A stretch of 63,608 nucleotides of DNA, filler included, from Nitrospinota bacterium (GCA_022562795.1; 3 parts of 3 records of this genome joined end to end with filler, not necessarily neighbours in it), one strand, 5' to 3'. Counted from the whole stretch's first letter, positions 10,093-20,686 are shown. Notes: generated by a model not told the origin, from the letters alone. A program made the numbers and translations.

Positions 10093-10605
10093 ATGCCTGA
10101 GACCTCTCCCAACAAATCCCGCCGGCCGGGGCTCCCCCGGTCACAGACCATGGCCCCCCTAGGAGCAGTCCTGGACAAGGCCATCCAGGACCTGGGGCTG
10201 GGCGAGGCTGTGGCGAAAGGGGCTGCGATGGTGCTTTGGCCAGAGGTGGTAGGGGAGGCTGTTGCAAGGGTCACGCATCCTCAGACCGTCCGGGGGCGAA
10301 CCCTGGTCGTAACGGTTGTTGACAGCGCCTGGCTCCAGCAGCTCCGCTACTTGGAAGAGACCATGCTGGAGGGGCTGAACGCTGCCCTCGGCCGTCAAGT
10401 CATCGAGGGAATATACCTGCAGGTAGGCCCGATTCCTGTCGCCCCTCCTGCCGACGAACCCCCAGAGGACTCTGCTGAGCTCGCTCCCGAGGCGGCGGCC
10501 TATCTTGAGGATGTGGTATCCGATGTTGACGACCCAGGCTTGCGAGCAACTCTCCGAAGGGTGCTCGCTGCCTCGCGACCAATCGAAGAGGATGCGCCAT
10601 CTTGA
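10093..10605 (+). CDS. dciA: DUF721/DciA-family helicase loader
   Basis: WPEVVG..VA..T.P...LVVTV.DSAWLQQL pattern. Confidence 0.8.
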   Translation: MPETSPNKSRRPGLPRSQTMAPLGAVLDKAIQDLGLGEAVAKGAAMVLWPEVVGEAVARVTHPQTVRGRTLVVTVVDSAWLQQLRYLEETMLEGLNAALGRQVIEGIYLQVGPIPVAPPADEPPEDSAELAPEAAAYLEDVVSDVDDPGLRATLRRVLAASRPIEEDAPS

Positions 10606-12383
10606 GCCGCCGCCTGTTGCTCTTAGTTTTGGGGGCCTCTGCCTGGCTCGCCGCAGGGTGCGCACCCTTACAACAGTTCCCGCAGCTCCCGCAGGCGAGG
10701 GCCCCGTCCCCGCCCATTACCACGCCTCGTCTTGAGGGGGTTGTGGTCCCGCCGGGAGCGGCGCTCCTTGCAGTGGACCCCCACTACAAGGCTTACTCCC
10801 ATTTCATCCAAGCGGAGTTGAAGGACCAGGCAAACGACCTGGCCGGAGCCATAGGCGAATACCGTAAGGCCCTCATATACGATCCCCGCTCACCCCTTCT
10901 CCACACCCGCCTTGCAACGGAACTGCTGCGCAAGGGCAAGATCAAAGAGGCGATAAGTGAGGCTGAAGAAGCCCTTGTCCTCAATCCAGACTATATCGAT
11001 GCCCGCTTCCTCCTGGGGCGAATATACCCGAGCCTCGGCCAGCGCCAGCTCGCTATAGAGCAGTACAAGATTATTATCAAGCAGGACTCATCGTCGACTG
11101 AGGCCTACCTCTTTCTGGGAACACTGTATGCCGAAGAGCAGAAGTACGAGGAGGCTATCGAGACCTTCGATAAGCTCATCGCCATAGACCCTGAGAGCCT
11201 TCTGGGCACCTATTACCTGGGACGGGTCTACGGGAACATGAAGCTCTACGCCCGGGCCGAGGAGTACTTGAAGAAAGTTTTGCTCATCGACCCCAACTTC
11301 GAGCGGGCCGCAGCGAGCCTCGGCTCCATCTATGAGCTCCAGGAAAAGTACGGCCAGGCTGCCGAAATGTACCAGAAGGCCCTAGAGATTAATCCCTACA
11401 ACAACCTCATAAGGAGTCGCCTCGGCCGGGTGTTCGTCCGGAAGGAAGACCTGCCCAAAGCCCTGGAGGCCTACAAGGCCATCTCCCAAAACGAGCCCGA
11501 GAACCTTGAGATTCACGAGCGCCTGGGACTCATCTATCTCCAGCAGGAGGACTACAACCGTGCTCTGGAGGAGTTCAACTTAGTGATGGCCGCCAAGCCT
11601 ACGCGGACGCGCGTCCGTTTCTTCAAATCTCTCGTATACGAAGAGTTGAAGCAGTATCCCGAGGCGGTGGCCGAGCTTCAAGGTATCTTGGAATCCGATC
11701 CGAAGGCCCCCGATACCCGCCTCCACCTGGGGCGCATATACAAGATCATGAAGGAGGACGAGAAGGCCATAGCCATACTCAAGGAGTCGGTGGCCCTGGA
11801 CGCCAAGGACCATCAGGCCCTATTTTTCCTCGGCGCCGTTTACATCGACATGAAAAAGCATGACGCGGCGATTGAAAGTTTCAAGCAGGCCATCGCCATC
11901 GCTCCCGATGTCGATCGCTACCACTTTAACCTTGGCGCGGCTTACGAGAAGATTGGTGAGTATGACCTATGCATCGAGGCCATGCGTCAAACTATCAAGC
12001 TCAACGCCGACCACGCCAACGCCTACAACTACTTGGGCTACCTCTGGGCTGACAAGGGGACCAACCTTGAGGAGTCCGTCCGCCTCATCAAAAAAGCCCT
12101 CTCCTACGAACCCGATAACGGCTATTTCCTCGACAGCCTGGGCTGGGCGTACTTCAAGCAGGGACTCCTGGAGGAGGCCTCGGCGGAACTTGAGAAAGCA
12201 ATCGTGCAGGTCAAAGACGACGCCGTCATCATCGACCACCTGGGCGATGTGTACCGCGCTCTGGGTCGTTACGAGGAAGCAATCGAATCTTATCGAAGCT
12301 CCTTGAGCGTCGAGGACGACCCCAAGGTCCAAAAGAAGTTAGATAAACTCACGAAGGGGGCACACAGGACGAAAGGCCCGTGA
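10602..12383 (+). CDS. TPR-repeat lipoprotein
   Basis: LAAGC lipobox; many TPRs; NYLGY..A and DSLGWAYF motifs typical of the gene upstream of lolB/ispE. Confidence 0.9.
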   Translation: MSRRLLLLVLGASAWLAAGCAPLQQFPQLPQARAPSPPITTPRLEGVVVPPGAALLAVDPHYKAYSHFIQAELKDQANDLAGAIGEYRKALIYDPRSPLLHTRLATELLRKGKIKEAISEAEEALVLNPDYIDARFLLGRIYPSLGQRQLAIEQYKIIIKQDSSSTEAYLFLGTLYAEEQKYEEAIETFDKLIAIDPESLLGTYYLGRVYGNMKLYARAEEYLKKVLLIDPNFERAAASLGSIYELQEKYGQAAEMYQKALEINPYNNLIRSRLGRVFVRKEDLPKALEAYKAISQNEPENLEIHERLGLIYLQQEDYNRALEEFNLVMAAKPTRTRVRFFKSLVYEELKQYPEAVAELQGILESDPKAPDTRLHLGRIYKIMKEDEKAIAILKESVALDAKDHQALFFLGAVYIDMKKHDAAIESFKQAIAIAPDVDRYHFNLGAAYEKIGEYDLCIEAMRQTIKLNADHANAYNYLGYLWADKGTNLEESVRLIKKALSYEPDNGYFLDSLGWAYFKQGLLEEASAELEKAIVQVKDDAVIIDHLGDVYRALGRYEEAIESYRSSLSVEDDPKVQKKLDKLTKGAHRTKGP

Positions 12384-13180
12384 GGTGCGCGGGCCTAGGG
12401 CTGGTCGTCCTACTCTGCGTGGGATGCAAGGGGGGGGTCTTGGCGCCATGGGCCATCCCTGCCCGGGTGGAGCAGACCTTCGAGACACCGGGCCCCCTCC
12501 TCGAAGCACTGGCCGAGCGCCGAGGCCAACTCGCCGACCTGACGGCCAGGGTACGCCTGACGCTCCGCACCCCGGAGCAGGACCTCTCTGCCGACCACGC
12601 CCTGGTGATACGCGGGCGTCGGTCCCTCCGGCTGGAGACACTAAGCCCATTGGGCCAGCCCACTGGAATATTGGTGGCGGCAGGCAACCACATCCGGTGG
12701 GTTGACCCCTTAAGGGCTCGCTACTGGGAAGGACCCACATCGAGGGATACCATTGAGCGTCTCACCGGGGTTCCATTGGACCTCGAGGAGTTGGTGGCTA
12801 TCCTTGCCGGAACCATTCCTCCCGTGGCCGATACGGCCAACCTCCGCCTGGAGCAAGAATCAGGCGAGAATGCCTATCGTCTCCTCATCCTCGAGGGGCC
12901 GGTCGCGAGCAGGCAGGTGGTGGTGGTTTCACGGCGAGACCTCACCGTTCTCTCCCGCACCAGGTACGACGCTAACGGGCGAGAAGTCCTCAGGGTTAAA
13001 AATGGGCGATTCCGTCCAATCGAAGGCTATCCTTTGCCGCTTTTGGTGGAAGTTGACTTACCCCAGCGCCACCTCTCCCTGACGGTGGACTACCAGTTGG
13101 TGCGGGTGAACCAGGGCGCTGGTGAGGAGGTATTTGAGCTTCCCATCCCGCCAGGCGCTCAAAGGATGGCTCTGGAGTGA
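12380..13180 (+). CDS. LolB-like/DUF4292 outer-membrane lipoprotein
   Basis: Lipobox CVGC; LRLETLSPLGQ pattern; syntenic position between TPR and ispE. Confidence 0.65.
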   Translation: MRCAGLGLVVLLCVGCKGGVLAPWAIPARVEQTFETPGPLLEALAERRGQLADLTARVRLTLRTPEQDLSADHALVIRGRRSLRLETLSPLGQPTGILVAAGNHIRWVDPLRARYWEGPTSRDTIERLTGVPLDLEELVAILAGTIPPVADTANLRLEQESGENAYRLLILEGPVASRQVVVVSRRDLTVLSRTRYDANGREVLRVKNGRFRPIEGYPLPLLVEVDLPQRHLSLTVDYQLVRVNQGAGEEVFELPIPPGAQRMALE

Positions 13181-13190
13181 GGGCCAAGGC

Positions 13191-14129
13191 GTGGATGCTC
13201 CGTCACTGGTACTTCGCAGCCCGGCCAAGGTAAATCTGGGCCTCCGGGTAATCGCCAAACGCCCCGACGGCTACCATGACATTGAATCGGCTTTCCAGAT
13301 GATTTCGCTCGCCGATGAAATCACTCTCACGCTGCAGGAGGGCCTGGTCTCGTGCAAAGTGTCGGGTGCCAGCCTTCCCACCGACGAGGCCAACCTCGCT
13401 GTGAAAGCCGCCCAGGCGCTAAAGGCCCACGCTGGGGTGGACAGTGGCGTCGACATCACGCTAAAGAAGCGAATCCCCGTTGGCTCTGGGCTGGGTGGGG
13501 GTTCAAGCAACGCCGCCGCTGTCCTTCTGGGTCTCAATCGTCTCTGGGACCTTTCAATGGACCAGGAGGCCTTGGTGGAGCTGGGAGCCGCCTTGGGCGC
13601 AGATGTGCCCTTTTTCCTCACGGCTGCGGCGGCGTGGGCCGAGGGCAAGGGGGACGAGCTCACACCTCTGCCGCCTCTGGAGGGGCTGAGCATCGTTCTG
13701 GTCAACCCCGGTTTCTCCGTCTCTACAGCGTGGGCATACGGGGAGGTAACTTTCGGGTTGACAAAGGCTGCGGAAGCTCTTAGTATGTTGCGGTTCTTAT
13801 TGGAGATGAGACGCTTTAAGGAGATTGGCCCATATCTCCACAATGACTTCGAGCCTATTGTGGAGCAGACCTATCCCGAAGTGAGTATGATCAAGGCAGC
13901 CCTGAGAGAAGGGGGCGCGTTTGGCGTAACGCTCTCAGGTAGCGGCCCTACGGTCTTTGGGCTCTTCCCTGAAGCCGCCTCGGCCGAGTCAACACTGGCC
14001 GTGGCGCGGCCCGGATGGACAGTCACCGCCATCGAACCTATCACTGATTGGGAAAGGGTATTTTTTGTTCCGCTAGAGACCGCCGGCGAGGGGGAAGGGT
14101 TTTCCCCCGGGCAGGCTTCTGGCGGCTAA
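13191..14129 (+). CDS. ispE: 4-diphosphocytidyl-2-C-methyl-D-erythritol kinase
   Basis: PAKVNL, DGYH, K.IPVGSGLGGGSSNAA, GADVPFF, SGSGPT. Confidence 0.96.
   Translation: MDAPSLVLRSPAKVNLGLRVIAKRPDGYHDIESAFQMISLADEITLTLQEGLVSCKVSGASLPTDEANLAVKAAQALKAHAGVDSGVDITLKKRIPVGSGLGGGSSNAAAVLLGLNRLWDLSMDQEALVELGAALGADVPFFLTAAAAWAEGKGDELTPLPPLEGLSIVLVNPGFSVSTAWAYGEVTFGLTKAAEALSMLRFLLEMRRFKEIGPYLHNDFEPIVEQTYPEVSMIKAALREGGAFGVTLSGSGPTVFGLFPEAASAESTLAVARPGWTVTAIEPITDWERVFFVPLETAGEGEGFSPGQASGG
13758..13786 (+). promoter_or_regulatory. Intragenic sigma70 promoter in ispE (likely for prs-rplY-pth)
   Basis: TTGACA-17bp-TAGTAT. Confidence 0.55.
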
Positions 14130-14158
14130 CCCCCCAACGGCCGCTTATAGAACAACCA

Positions 14159-15100
14159 ATGTATCGAAAACCAAAAATCTTCGCAGGCCGCTCAAACCCC
14201 AAATTCGCTGAAGCCGTATGCCAACACCTCGAAATGCCATTAAGCAAGACCGAGATAACCAACTTCATGGACGGGGAGGTCTACGTCCAGATCAAGGAGA
14301 ACATCCGGGGCCACGACGTCTACCTCATTCAGTCCACCTGCCCTCCTGTCAACGACCACATCATGGAGCTCGTGCTCATGCTGGACGCTGCGAAGCGGGC
14401 CAGCCCAGGCTGTATCACCGTCGTGATGCCATATTTCGGCTACGCCCGACAGGATCGAAAGGTTGAGGCAAGGGTCCCTATATCGGCAAAAGCGGTGGCA
14501 GATATCCTCACAGCCGCCGGTGCCCAGCGGCTCCTCACCATAGACCTACACGCAGGCCAAATTCAGGGGTTTTTCAACATCCCGGTTGATAACCTCTTCG
14601 CCTCGGCCGTCTTCATAGACTACATCCGAAACCTTGGGTACGATGACCTCGTCATCGTTGCACCCGACGCCGGCGGGGTGGAGAGGGCCCGCGCATACGC
14701 CAAACGGCTCAACGTCGAGCTCGGTATAATTGATAAACGACGCACCCCCAAGAACCAGGCTGAGGTAATGCATGTCATCGGAGACGTGAGAGGGAGGGTG
14801 ACCATCTTGGTCGACGACATGGTGGACACCTCCGGGACCATTACCCGCGGAGCCGATGCACTGATGGAAAATGGCGCTAAAGCTGTCTTCGCTTGCGCCA
14901 CTCACGCTGTCCTGACGGGCCCGGCGTTGGAGAAAATCAACAACTCGGCCCTAGAGGAGCTTGTGGTTACCGATACGATTCCGCTCAACGGGAAGGACAA
15001 GGAATGTCCAAAGCTAAAAGTCCTTTCCATGGCCCCGCTGATGGCCGAAACAATCCAACGCATCCACGAAGGGCTCTCCGTCAGCGCCTTGTTCGATTGA
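14159..15100 (+). CDS. prs: Ribose-phosphate pyrophosphokinase
   Basis: PYFGYARQDRK, DLHAGQIQGFF, PDAGGVERAR, VDDMVDTSGT. Confidence 0.97.
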   Translation: MYRKPKIFAGRSNPKFAEAVCQHLEMPLSKTEITNFMDGEVYVQIKENIRGHDVYLIQSTCPPVNDHIMELVLMLDAAKRASPGCITVVMPYFGYARQDRKVEARVPISAKAVADILTAAGAQRLLTIDLHAGQIQGFFNIPVDNLFASAVFIDYIRNLGYDDLVIVAPDAGGVERARAYAKRLNVELGIIDKRRTPKNQAEVMHVIGDVRGRVTILVDDMVDTSGTITRGADALMENGAKAVFACATHAVLTGPALEKINNSALEELVVTDTIPLNGKDKECPKLKVLSMAPLMAETIQRIHEGLSVSALFD

Positions 15101-15123
15101 GCTAACTAAGAGGAAAGCCGACC

Positions 15124-15774
15124 ATGGATAAGCTGCAAATCAGCTGTAGCGTCCGCGAAGCGACGGGCAAGGGTGTCGCCAGGAAGCTACGAAGGGGTGG
15201 AAAAATTCCCGGGATCCTCTACGGCGGAGATCGGGTGGTACCTCTAGTCCTCGACCCAAAGGAAATCCAGCGGGTTCTCAGCTCCCAGGCGGGGGAGAAT
15301 GCTATTGTCCAGCTCAACATCTCCGGTGAGAAATCCCAAGATCTAAATGTCATCCTGCGCGAGCTTCAATTCGACACCATTCGAAGCCACCTTCTCCATG
15401 TGGACCTCTACCAGATCGCCCTGGACGAGGAGTTGGAAGTGCACGTACCGGTGGAGCTGGTGGGCGTCCCGGCCGGTGTCGATGAAGGCGGAGTCCTGAC
15501 CCAGCAACTCTACAACCTCCACGTCAAGTGCTTACCGGACCAGATACCCGATCGATTATCCCTTGATGTCTCTGATTTAGAAATCGGGGATGGGCTCCGC
15601 GTCTCCGACCTGTCCGTCCCGGGCGGGGTCACAATTCTCGACGACTTGGATGCACCTGTGGTAAGCGTCGCCGCCCCGAGGGTGGAGGTAGAGGTCGAGG
15701 AAGAAGAAGTTGAGGAGGAGGAGGTTGAAGAGGAGGCCGCCGAGGAAAAGAAGGAGGAGCCTGCCGCCGAGTAG
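15124..15774 (+). CDS. rplY: 50S ribosomal protein L25/CTC
   Basis: GKGVARKLRR.GKIPGILYG, LHVDLY, acidic tail. Confidence 0.95.
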   Translation: MDKLQISCSVREATGKGVARKLRRGGKIPGILYGGDRVVPLVLDPKEIQRVLSSQAGENAIVQLNISGEKSQDLNVILRELQFDTIRSHLLHVDLYQIALDEELEVHVPVELVGVPAGVDEGGVLTQQLYNLHVKCLPDQIPDRLSLDVSDLEIGDGLRVSDLSVPGGVTILDDLDAPVVSVAAPRVEVEVEEEEVEEEEVEEEAAEEKKEEPAAE

Positions 15775-15810
15775 GGTGCATCCCGCACCGAAGCTGGGGA
15801 GACCAAAGGG

Positions 15811-16350
15811 GTGAAACTCATCGTGGGCCTGGGTAACCCTGGTCCACGCTACGCTCTGACAAGGCACAACGTGGGCTCCCTGGTTCTTGACGAACTTCTG
15901 AAGCGCTATCCAGCACAGCCTTTAGGGGTCCGCTGTAACAGCACCACCTATGCCGGCAAGATCGCTGGCGAGCTCGTCGTCCTCGCCAAGCCCTTGACCT
16001 TCATGAACAAAAGTGGGACGTCAGTGGGCCACCTGCTGAGCGCTTACCGGCTCTCCCCTGCATCACTGTTGGTCATCCACGATGACATCGACCTGGCACC
16101 GGGGCGGATCAAGGAGAAGTACCTGGGAGGATCTGCGGGCCACAAGGGGGTGGCCTCAATAATCAGCGCCATTGGAACTGATTGTTTCTGCCGCATTCGA
16201 GTGGGGGTGGGCCGACCTCCCGACGACACGACCGCCACCGATTACGTTTTGGCGCCAATTGGAGACGAGACGCTTTCGGAACTGGAGGCGACTATAGCGG
16301 CCTCAGCCGACCACGTTGCCGCTGTGCTAGAGCAACGAACAACCTGGTAA
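15811..16350 (+). CDS. pth: Peptidyl-tRNA hydrolase
   Basis: [29 protein letters not shown]. Confidence 0.96.
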   Translation: MKLIVGLGNPGPRYALTRHNVGSLVLDELLKRYPAQPLGVRCNSTTYAGKIAGELVVLAKPLTFMNKSGTSVGHLLSAYRLSPASLLVIHDDIDLAPGRIKEKYLGGSAGHKGVASIISAIGTDCFCRIRVGVGRPPDDTTATDYVLAPIGDETLSELEATIAASADHVAAVLEQRTTW

Positions 16351-16408
16351 GGACGCATCAGCCCAGGCGCATCGTAAACCCCCCGCACCTGATTATAGGA
16401 GAGAAGGT

Positions 16409-18376
16409 ATGGAGTCCCTAACCATCTTCGCGCCCGTGCTGGGCATCTTCGGGTTGGTCATCGCAGGGTTCATCTACAACTACATTAAAAAGCAACCGCC
16501 CGGCAACGAGCTCATGGTGGAAATAGCAGACGCTATCCACGAAGGGGCCATGGTCTTTCTCCGCCGTGAGTACACTTATCTTGTCGTCTTCATCGCCGCC
16601 GTATTCATTGGACTCGCCTTATTCATTAATACGTGGACGGCCATTGCCTTCCTATTCGGCGCCCTCTGCTCCATGCTGGCGGGCTACTTCGGGATGGAGG
16701 CCGCAACCAGGGCCAACGTTCGGACCTCGGAGGCGGCCAACACCCACGGCCAGGCGAAGGCCTTGGAGGTGGCCTTCTCCGGCGGTGCCGTTATGGGACT
16801 TTCCGTAGCGAGTATAGGACTTGTGGGCATCGGAGTTTTCTTCTACCTCTTTGCTGACAAGGACCCAACCATCATTAATGGCTTCGCTATGGGAGCCAGC
16901 TCCATCGCCCTCTTCGCACGTGTGGGGGGAGGTATCTTCACGAAGTCGGCCGACGTGGGCGCAGATCTCGTTGGAAAGCTCGAAGCCGGCATCCCAGAGG
17001 ACGACCCACGCAATCCCGGCGTGATCGCGGACAACGTTGGCGACTGCGTCGGCGATACCGCCGGCATGGGGGCTGACCTCTTCGAGTCCTATGTGGGGAG
17101 CGTCATTGCCACCATCGCTATCGGCTCAACCATGGGCGCGCTGGCCTTCGAGTACATGGCCCTGCCGCTTCTCATCGTTATGGCGGGCCTCCTCGCTTCC
17201 GTTGCGGGCATTGCTTCCATTCGGGTTTTCCGGCGGCTCGACCCAGCCAGCGTGCTACGCTACTCGACCTTCGTCTCAGCAGGTCTTCTCCTGATCGCCA
17301 GCTGGTGGATTATGTCTAGGATGAACATCCCGATGCGCGTTTACTGGGCCCTCTTCAGCGGTTGTATAGCGGGCATCGTAATCGGGCTGCTGACCGAGTA
17401 CTACACGGCAGGAAAGCCCATCATTCGTATCGCCGAGAGCTGCCAGACAGGCGTTGCCACCAACATGATTACCGGCCTGGCGGTGGCGATGGAATCGACC
17501 GCGCTGCCCGTCTTTGCCCTATGTGCGGCGATCTTCTTCGCCTCCAAATTCGGCGGCCTGTACGGAATCGGGCTCGCAGGGGTCGGCATGCTCTCCACTA
17601 TCGGCATAACCATGAGCGTGGATGCCTACGGCCCCATCGCGGACAACGCCGGCGGCATCAGCGAGATGAGCGGCCTCGGTCCAGAGACCCGCAAGATCAC
17701 CGACGGGCTCGATGCTCTAGGCAACACGACGGCGGCCATCGGAAAAGGATTCGCCATTGGTAGCGCCGCCCTTACGGCCCTGGCACTTTTCAGCGCCTAT
17801 ACCCAGGCCGTCCACCTCAATAGCATCGACATCACCAAATCTCTGGTCATCATCGGTGTTTTTATAGGCGGCACCATCCCATTCATTATCGCCGCTATGA
17901 CCATGACGAGCGTGGGTAAGGCCGCCTTCAAGATGGTCCAAGAGATTCGCCGCCAGTTCCGCGAGATTCCTGGCCTGATGGAAGGGACGGCCAAGCCCGA
18001 TAGCGCCCGCTGCGTGGATATCGCCACCACAGCTGCCCTTCGAGAGATGATTCTTCCCGGCCTCACGGCCATCTTAGCTCCCGTTACCGTAGGCCTCCTC
18101 CTGGGAAAGGAGGCCTTGGGGGGGATGCTCGTCGGGGCTACGCTGACCGGTGTTCTCATGGCCCTCATGATGTCCAACGGCGGCGGCGCATGGGACAATG
18201 CCAAGAAGTACATTGAAGAGGGGCACCTGGGCGGCAAGGGCTCAGATGCTCACATGGCTGCCGTGGTCGGCGACACCGTGGGCGACCCATTCAAAGACAC
18301 CTCTGGGCCTTCCATGAACATCCTCATCAAGCTGATGAGCGTGGTGAGCCTAGTTCTGGCGCCGCTGTTCATCTGA
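16409..18376 (+). CDS. hppA: Membrane-bound pyrophosphatase, K+-dependent, probably Na+-translocating
   Basis: [47 protein letters not shown]. Confidence 0.95.
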   Translation: MESLTIFAPVLGIFGLVIAGFIYNYIKKQPPGNELMVEIADAIHEGAMVFLRREYTYLVVFIAAVFIGLALFINTWTAIAFLFGALCSMLAGYFGMEAATRANVRTSEAANTHGQAKALEVAFSGGAVMGLSVASIGLVGIGVFFYLFADKDPTIINGFAMGASSIALFARVGGGIFTKSADVGADLVGKLEAGIPEDDPRNPGVIADNVGDCVGDTAGMGADLFESYVGSVIATIAIGSTMGALAFEYMALPLLIVMAGLLASVAGIASIRVFRRLDPASVLRYSTFVSAGLLLIASWWIMSRMNIPMRVYWALFSGCIAGIVIGLLTEYYTAGKPIIRIAESCQTGVATNMITGLAVAMESTALPVFALCAAIFFASKFGGLYGIGLAGVGMLSTIGITMSVDAYGPIADNAGGISEMSGLGPETRKITDGLDALGNTTAAIGKGFAIGSAALTALALFSAYTQAVHLNSIDITKSLVIIGVFIGGTIPFIIAAMTMTSVGKAAFKMVQEIRRQFREIPGLMEGTAKPDSARCVDIATTAALREMILPGLTAILAPVTVGLLLGKEALGGMLVGATLTGVLMALMMSNGGGAWDNAKKYIEEGHLGGKGSDAHMAAVVGDTVGDPFKDTSGPSMNILIKLMSVVSLVLAPLFI

Positions 18377-18428
18377 TTTAGAGGGGGACCGTCCCGTCCA
18401 GAGCCTTGTTATTCAGAATATACGAAGC

Positions 18429-18848
18429 ATGCCACCAATAGGGCAAAAGTGGTTAGGGCTCGCCGTGCTTGGGTTTCTCCTGGTGTCGGGTTGTTCCTCC
18501 CCTGCTCCACCGCCCCCGCCCCCCGAGAGGGTGCCTCCCGCCGCCAGGGCCGCGAATCGGCCGGTGGTCGCTCTTAAGGTGCTGGATAACGCGTTCGACT
18601 CGAGACGCCTCACCCTTAAGTCGAACGTGCCCGTCACCATCTCGGTTACAAACACCACAGCCCATGCTCACAACCTGACCGTTAAAGACCCCGAGGGTCA
18701 TCGTGTCGTAGATGTCAAGATACCCGTCGGCCAGACTGTCGATGTCCCATTTGCCCCCACCACCCCAGGGACGTATATTTTCTACTGTAACCGCGCACTC
18801 CACCGAGCCTTAGGCGGCGGTGAAGAGGGTACCATCGAGGTTCGCTGA
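18429..18848 (+). CDS. Cupredoxin-domain lipoprotein
   Basis: LVSGC lipobox, Pro linker, HN.T and GTY.FYC....H motifs. Confidence 0.8.
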   Translation: MPPIGQKWLGLAVLGFLLVSGCSSPAPPPPPPERVPPAARAANRPVVALKVLDNAFDSRRLTLKSNVPVTISVTNTTAHAHNLTVKDPEGHRVVDVKIPVGQTVDVPFAPTTPGTYIFYCNRALHRALGGGEEGTIEVR

Positions 18849-18917
18849 GCAGCGAAGCCTCCTCCTCACGCATAGTCTACACAGAAACCGAGTCTTCTTA
18901 TCATCCCGGAGGGCCCC

Positions 18918-19982
18918 ATGGCACGTATCGCCGCGGTGGGAACGGCCGTCCCCGCACACGTGATATCCCAAGAGGCAGTGCAGGCCTTCAGCCGCGACCA
19001 CTTCTCCGGCTCCCTGGATGGGCTCCACCGGCTCCTGTCCGTCTTCGACCGCGCTGCGATAGCCCGGAGATACTTCGCCATGAAACCCGACTGGATCGCC
19101 GGGGCCCACTCCTTTTCCGAACGCAACGCCCGCTTCATCGAGGAGGCGACAAACCTCGCCGCCTCCGCGGCTGAGGTCTGCCTTGAGCGGGCCGGGCTCG
19201 ACCCAATGGAGGTCGGCACCCTGCTCGTCGTCTCCACGACCGGGATCGCCACCCCGAGCATAGACGCCTACCTCATCGAGCGCCTGGGGATGAGCCCGCA
19301 CACCCGCAGGCTTCCGATCTGGGGGCTCGGGTGCGCAGGAGGCGTGGCGGGCCTGGCACGGGCCGCGGAGCTGGCCCGCTCCGAGCCGAGCGGCTTCGTC
19401 ATGCTCGTGGCCGTCGAGCTCTGCGGCATCACCTTCTGCCCGGAGGACCGCTCGAAGAGCAACTTCATCGCGACCGCCCTCTTCGGCGATGGCGCGGGGG
19501 CCGTGCTCGTGGCGGGAGAAGAGGCCGAAGCCTCCGGCCCCCGCCTCCTAGGCGCCCACAGCACGCTTTGGCCCAAGACCTACGACGTCATGGGCTGGGA
19601 CGTGGCCGATGACGGCTTCCGGGTACGATTCTCCAAGACCATTCCAACCTTCGTCCGCCGCTACGTGCGCCCGGCCGTCGAGCAGTTCCTAAAGCCCTAC
19701 GGCCTTGAACCTTCCGATGTTGCCCACCACATCCTCCACCCCGGGGGGCCGAAAGTCCTCGGGGCTTACGCCGAGGCGCTCGAGCTCGATTCTGAGCGGC
19801 TCGTCATCCCAAAGGCGGTCTTGCGCGATTACGGAAACATGTCCTCCGCGTCGGCCCTCTTCGTTCTCGACCGGGTCCTGGCTGAGAGCCAGGCGACGGC
19901 GGGCGACTACGGGCTCCTCTTCGCCCTGGGCCCAGGCTTCAGCGCCGAGCAGCTCTTAATCCGGTGGGAGGAGGACGCATGA
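18918..19982 (+). CDS. Type III polyketide synthase (BpsA/SrsA-like)
   Basis: GLGCAGG (Cys), HPGG (His), YGNMSS (Asn), LFGDGA, GPGF. Confidence 0.95.
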   Translation: MARIAAVGTAVPAHVISQEAVQAFSRDHFSGSLDGLHRLLSVFDRAAIARRYFAMKPDWIAGAHSFSERNARFIEEATNLAASAAEVCLERAGLDPMEVGTLLVVSTTGIATPSIDAYLIERLGMSPHTRRLPIWGLGCAGGVAGLARAAELARSEPSGFVMLVAVELCGITFCPEDRSKSNFIATALFGDGAGAVLVAGEEAEASGPRLLGAHSTLWPKTYDVMGWDVADDGFRVRFSKTIPTFVRRYVRPAVEQFLKPYGLEPSDVAHHILHPGGPKVLGAYAEALELDSERLVIPKAVLRDYGNMSSASALFVLDRVLAESQATAGDYGLLFALGPGFSAEQLLIRWEEDA

Positions 19983-20560
19983 TCGACGGAGGCCGAGCCC
20001 TGCTCTTCGGCGCAGTCCTTCTGGTCGCAGGCCAGAGGCTCTGGGAGCTTCGACGCTCGAGGCGCAACGAATCGATGCTCCGTGCCCAGGGGGCGGTGGA
20101 GGGGGGCCGATTCCTCTACCCGTGGTTCGTCGCCCTCCACGCCGCGTTCCTGGTGAGCCTCCTGGTCGAGGGCTGGTGGCGGGGGCCGTCGTTCGGGCCC
20201 CTCTGGGGCCTTTGGATGGCGCTTTTCGCCTCAGCCCAGGCTCTCCGCATCTGGACCATTAGGACCCTTGGGGCACGATGGTCCACCCGCCTCCTCGTGG
20301 TTCCGGGCATGGAGATCGCCACAGGCGGCCCGTACCGCCTCCTCCGCCACCCCAACTACCTTGTGGTATTCGTTGAGTTACTGGCTTTACCGCTCCTCTT
20401 CGGGGCGGTGCTGACGGCCGTATGGGCTACTGCGGTCAACGTAGCCCTGCTGGCTTTGAGAATCCGCCATGAAGAGACGCTTCTGGCCCGCCTGACCGAC
20501 TACGAGGCGGCCCTTGGAGGGCGGCCCCGCCTCATCCCACGACGCCCGACCGACCCCTAG
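19979..20560 (+). CDS. Isoprenylcysteine carboxyl methyltransferase family (BpsB/SrsB-like)
   Basis: QRL.EL..SRRN, GPYR.LRHPNY, RI..EE; ATGA overlap with PKS. Confidence 0.9.
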   Translation: MIDGGRALLFGAVLLVAGQRLWELRRSRRNESMLRAQGAVEGGRFLYPWFVALHAAFLVSLLVEGWWRGPSFGPLWGLWMALFASAQALRIWTIRTLGARWSTRLLVVPGMEIATGGPYRLLRHPNYLVVFVELLALPLLFGAVLTAVWATAVNVALLALRIRHEETLLARLTDYEAALGGRPRLIPRRPTDP

Positions 20561-20587
20561 AGCCTTGGGTACCGGATCAGTTTGCCT

Positions 20588-20686
20588 TTAATCAGCCAGC
20601 CCCACGATTTCTTCTAGCTCCCAAACGTGATTAGCCACTCCAGCTTCCATCGCCGGTGTGATCCGGAGCGTAGAGTGAACACGAGC
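20588..20686 (-). pseudogene. C-terminal remnant of an IS1-like transposase
   Basis: ARVHSTLRITPAMEAGVANHVWELEEIV matches the characteristic RxH.TLR.TPAM.AG..DHVW tail; the rest of the gene is absent. Confidence 0.75.

Noticed and set aside
15690-15774. GAG/GAA-rich low-complexity run
   Set aside because: Ordinary acidic tail of L25/CTC
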